A stretch of DNA of 63,952 nucleotides, counting the filler, from Basidiobolus meristosporus CBS 931.73 (Eukaryota > Fungi > Basidiobolomycota), in NCBI GenBank assembly GCA_002104905.1. It is 3 parts of 3 records of this genome, joined end to end, with 100 filler letters (N's around TTAATTAATTAA, not from the genome) between each part and the next. Parts side by side here need not be neighbours in the genome. Positions count along the whole stretch, not along the records: positions 47,987 to 63,952 come from MCFE01001138.1; 2 more parts are not named here. One strand, given 5' to 3'. The position numbers and the translations under genes were made by a program. The notes under the pieces were generated by a model. The model was not told the DNA's origin and made no database searches. It saw only the letters and a list, made by a program, of their open reading frames with translations. Below, piece by piece: positions 61,729-63,952 of the stretch. Numbering within the stretch: position 1 is the first letter of the stretch; each line of letters begins with the position of its first letter.

Positions 61729-62126
61729 CTCGACCTTTGTTTTTCGTCACTTGTGAGCCCTGCCTGGAGAGACGGAATTTTTTGTGAGTTGGTGTCTGAA
61801 CCGGTGGTGAAAAACCTATTCGGCATTGGTCGGCCGAATAAGATGCGCCTTAGGTCACGTTGAACTTGAACCCATGTTAAATATATGGAGCCGATTTCCA
61901 TAATTGGACCCTCGGTGACCATACGCCTGATGACTGAATCAGTTCACCGATATGTCCGCCGATTTAGTGTAGGTTTCCCGAAGACCGGACTCCATAAGAA
62001 TGACATGACGAGATAATATTTGGAAGCGTAAAGCATGTAGTCAAAGAGAAGCTCAGAAATTTATTGAATTCAAAGTCGCGAGTCTCCAAGTTCATGAAGC
62101 AGAGGGATGTCTCGACAGCTAAGCGC

Positions 62127-62456
62127 TTAATCGAAAAGACCGAAGCCCATATCGTCATCAGACTCTTCCTTGGCTTCCTCCTTGGCCTCCTCAGCAGCAG
62201 GAGCGTCGGCGGCACCACCAGCGGCGGCACCAGCGGCAGGGGCAGCAGCACCACCAGATGGAACTGAAGCGAGCTTCTCCTTACCTTCGGCAATGAGCTC
62301 TTGGACGTTCTTGCCCTCCAATTCGGAGATCAACTTGTTGAGGCGCTCAGAGTCGGCCTCGATACCGACAGAGGAGAGGAGCTTCTCGATGTCAGAAGCA
62401 GCGGGGGATTCGTTTCCACCGAGGGTGAGGAGAAGGTAGGCAGCAATATAACGCAT
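62127..62456 (-). CDS. RPP2: 60S acidic ribosomal protein P2
   Basis: [10 protein letters not shown]...; C-terminus [13 protein letters not shown]. Confidence 0.97.
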   Translation of the reverse strand: MRYIAAYLLLTLGGNESPAASDIEKLLSSVGIEADSERLNKLISELEGKNVQELIAEGKEKLASVPSGGAAAPAAGAAAGGAADAPAAEEAKEEAKEESDDDMGFGLFD

Positions 62457-62972
62457 CTTTAAAGCTACAGAAAGGATACTGAATTAGTTACTGAACGTCA
62501 AGCACAGAGCAAATCGTTGGAAGATCGCGGTGACTCCATCCCAAAACGCCCATTCATCCATTGAATCCAGTCACGCAAGTCTCCCAACGAATGGATGCGA
62601 TGCAACGGGTCTTACCAGTTGGTGTTTCGTGAGGTCAAGAAACTTGGGGCTCGAATACGAAAGAGAAAGAAACCCCTTGGTTACTCTAGATTCTTTTGTA
62701 ATCGAGAGGCACCCCCCATCCACTATCGGGCAATAGGCACCGAAAAAAATGCTTCGTTCTCCCGGGTAAATGCCCCAGACGCAGCGAACCAGATGCGCTG
62801 AGATTCACTGACCGGAAGTCGTGATCCAGATGCGATGAGAATTCTGAGAAAATCTTTGTTTTATTGGGATTGTCATTGGGATTGGTTTGGATTAGAGAGA
62901 ATGGCAGACCAAATGCAATGCTTGAGAAGCTGTGAATCATATGCATGGGATGGGAAGTGGTGCTTGAATGCT

Positions 62973-63708
62973 CTAGAGTTCAACTTCATTCTTCACCTTC
63001 TTATGGACTTGCTCTACTTTGGGGTTGCGGTTTGAAGAGGTGGCGTTGGTCAGTTTCTCGACGATGCTCTTGCTGTGGATGTTCTTCAGCTTCCAGGTGA
63101 CGGATTTGGCGTTGGCTTCATATACGGAGCATTTGTCAGCAACCAGTCACTGAAAATAAACCTACGTGTATCTTACCAAACTCCACAATAAGGGTGGGTC
63201 GAACCTTCTTTTCCGCGGGGCGTTGGGGCCTTGGCGGGCTTTGAAGCGGCGCTCTCCGCCACCTTCTTGGCAACCTGCTCGCTGACCTCAGCCTTGGGCT
63301 GCTCGACCGCTACAGCAGTGGTTTGCTCGACCGCCTCTGTCACGGGTTTCTCGGCTTCTGCAGCAGCGTTCTGCTCCTCTCTGGGCTTTCTCTCTCTAAT
63401 GGGCTTGAACTTCACAGGGTTGTGTTTAATGATTTCAAAGGTGACACCAGGGTTGTGAAACTGCAAGCGGGGCAGGGCCTTTTGAAGGAATCTAGAAACA
63501 TAACACGAGCGGTGTGGTTAACACGCGGGGAACTTGGTAATGGCTCGACCATCGGAAGAAAGGCTTGAGGGAATTACCTAACTGTGGGGGCGGGGTCTCT
63601 GGAACGATATTCAAAAGTCAGCTTTCTAATGTCGCTGTTGATTTTGGTGGCACCCACACCAAATTTGAGTCTGTTCACAAGCTTTTGGGCGTTAGGGAGT
63701 ATCCTCAT
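62973..63708 (-). CDS. MRP49: Mitochondrial ribosomal protein, L51/S25/CI-B8 family (Mrp49-like), 3 exons with an apparent 1-nt frameshift
   Basis: MRILPNAQKLVNRLKFG...KLTFEYR | FLQKALPRLQFHNPGV ... KVRPTLIVEF | ANAKSVTWKLKNIHSKSIVEKL; frame breaks at the G4 run 63217-63220. Confidence 0.65.
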
Positions 63709-63952
63709 GGTCGATGTTCAGGAGAGCTTGTTTGACAATAGGACGGTGACCGAAATTACTTGAAGTAATCCTCGAAAATCGAGTGACAGAGGGAAAAATT
63801 TTACCTACCGCCTCATCAATCTTGGTTCCCCACTATAAATCCATCCTCATTTGGATACCCTTCCACCGGCCTGACGTCTCACCCAAGCCCATTTGGAGAG
63901 ACGGACTGACATTCCTATGTCTACCATCGCACAATACTCTATTCTGGAACGT

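Overview
Eukaryotic fungal genomic DNA, probably an early-diverging (zygomycete-grade, Basidiobolus-like) fungus; the host assignment is inference. Gene-dense, CpG-rich islands alternate with CpG-eroded transposon blocks. The host genes are DBP3, bystin/ENP1, NDUFA1, verprolin, HPM1, three UNC-93-like MFS paralogues, MTHFR, RPP2, a MRP49-like gene and a probably domesticated hAT transposase. At the left end a Ty3/Gypsy element, a 422-bp foldback element and a solo LTR are stacked 12 bp upstream of a tRNA-Leu(CAG) gene. The 17-37 kb block holds nested Ty1/Copia elements, CACTA and Harbinger-type remnants, and a CpG-decayed MutS7-type (MutS ATPase plus C-terminal HNH) gene of probable giant-virus origin joined to a truncated Copia. 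A recently inserted non-autonomous Copia derivative with apparently identical LTRs lies at 48.0-51.3 kb. There are two 100-nt assembly gaps. All family calls come from motif recognition by eye; no database searches were run.
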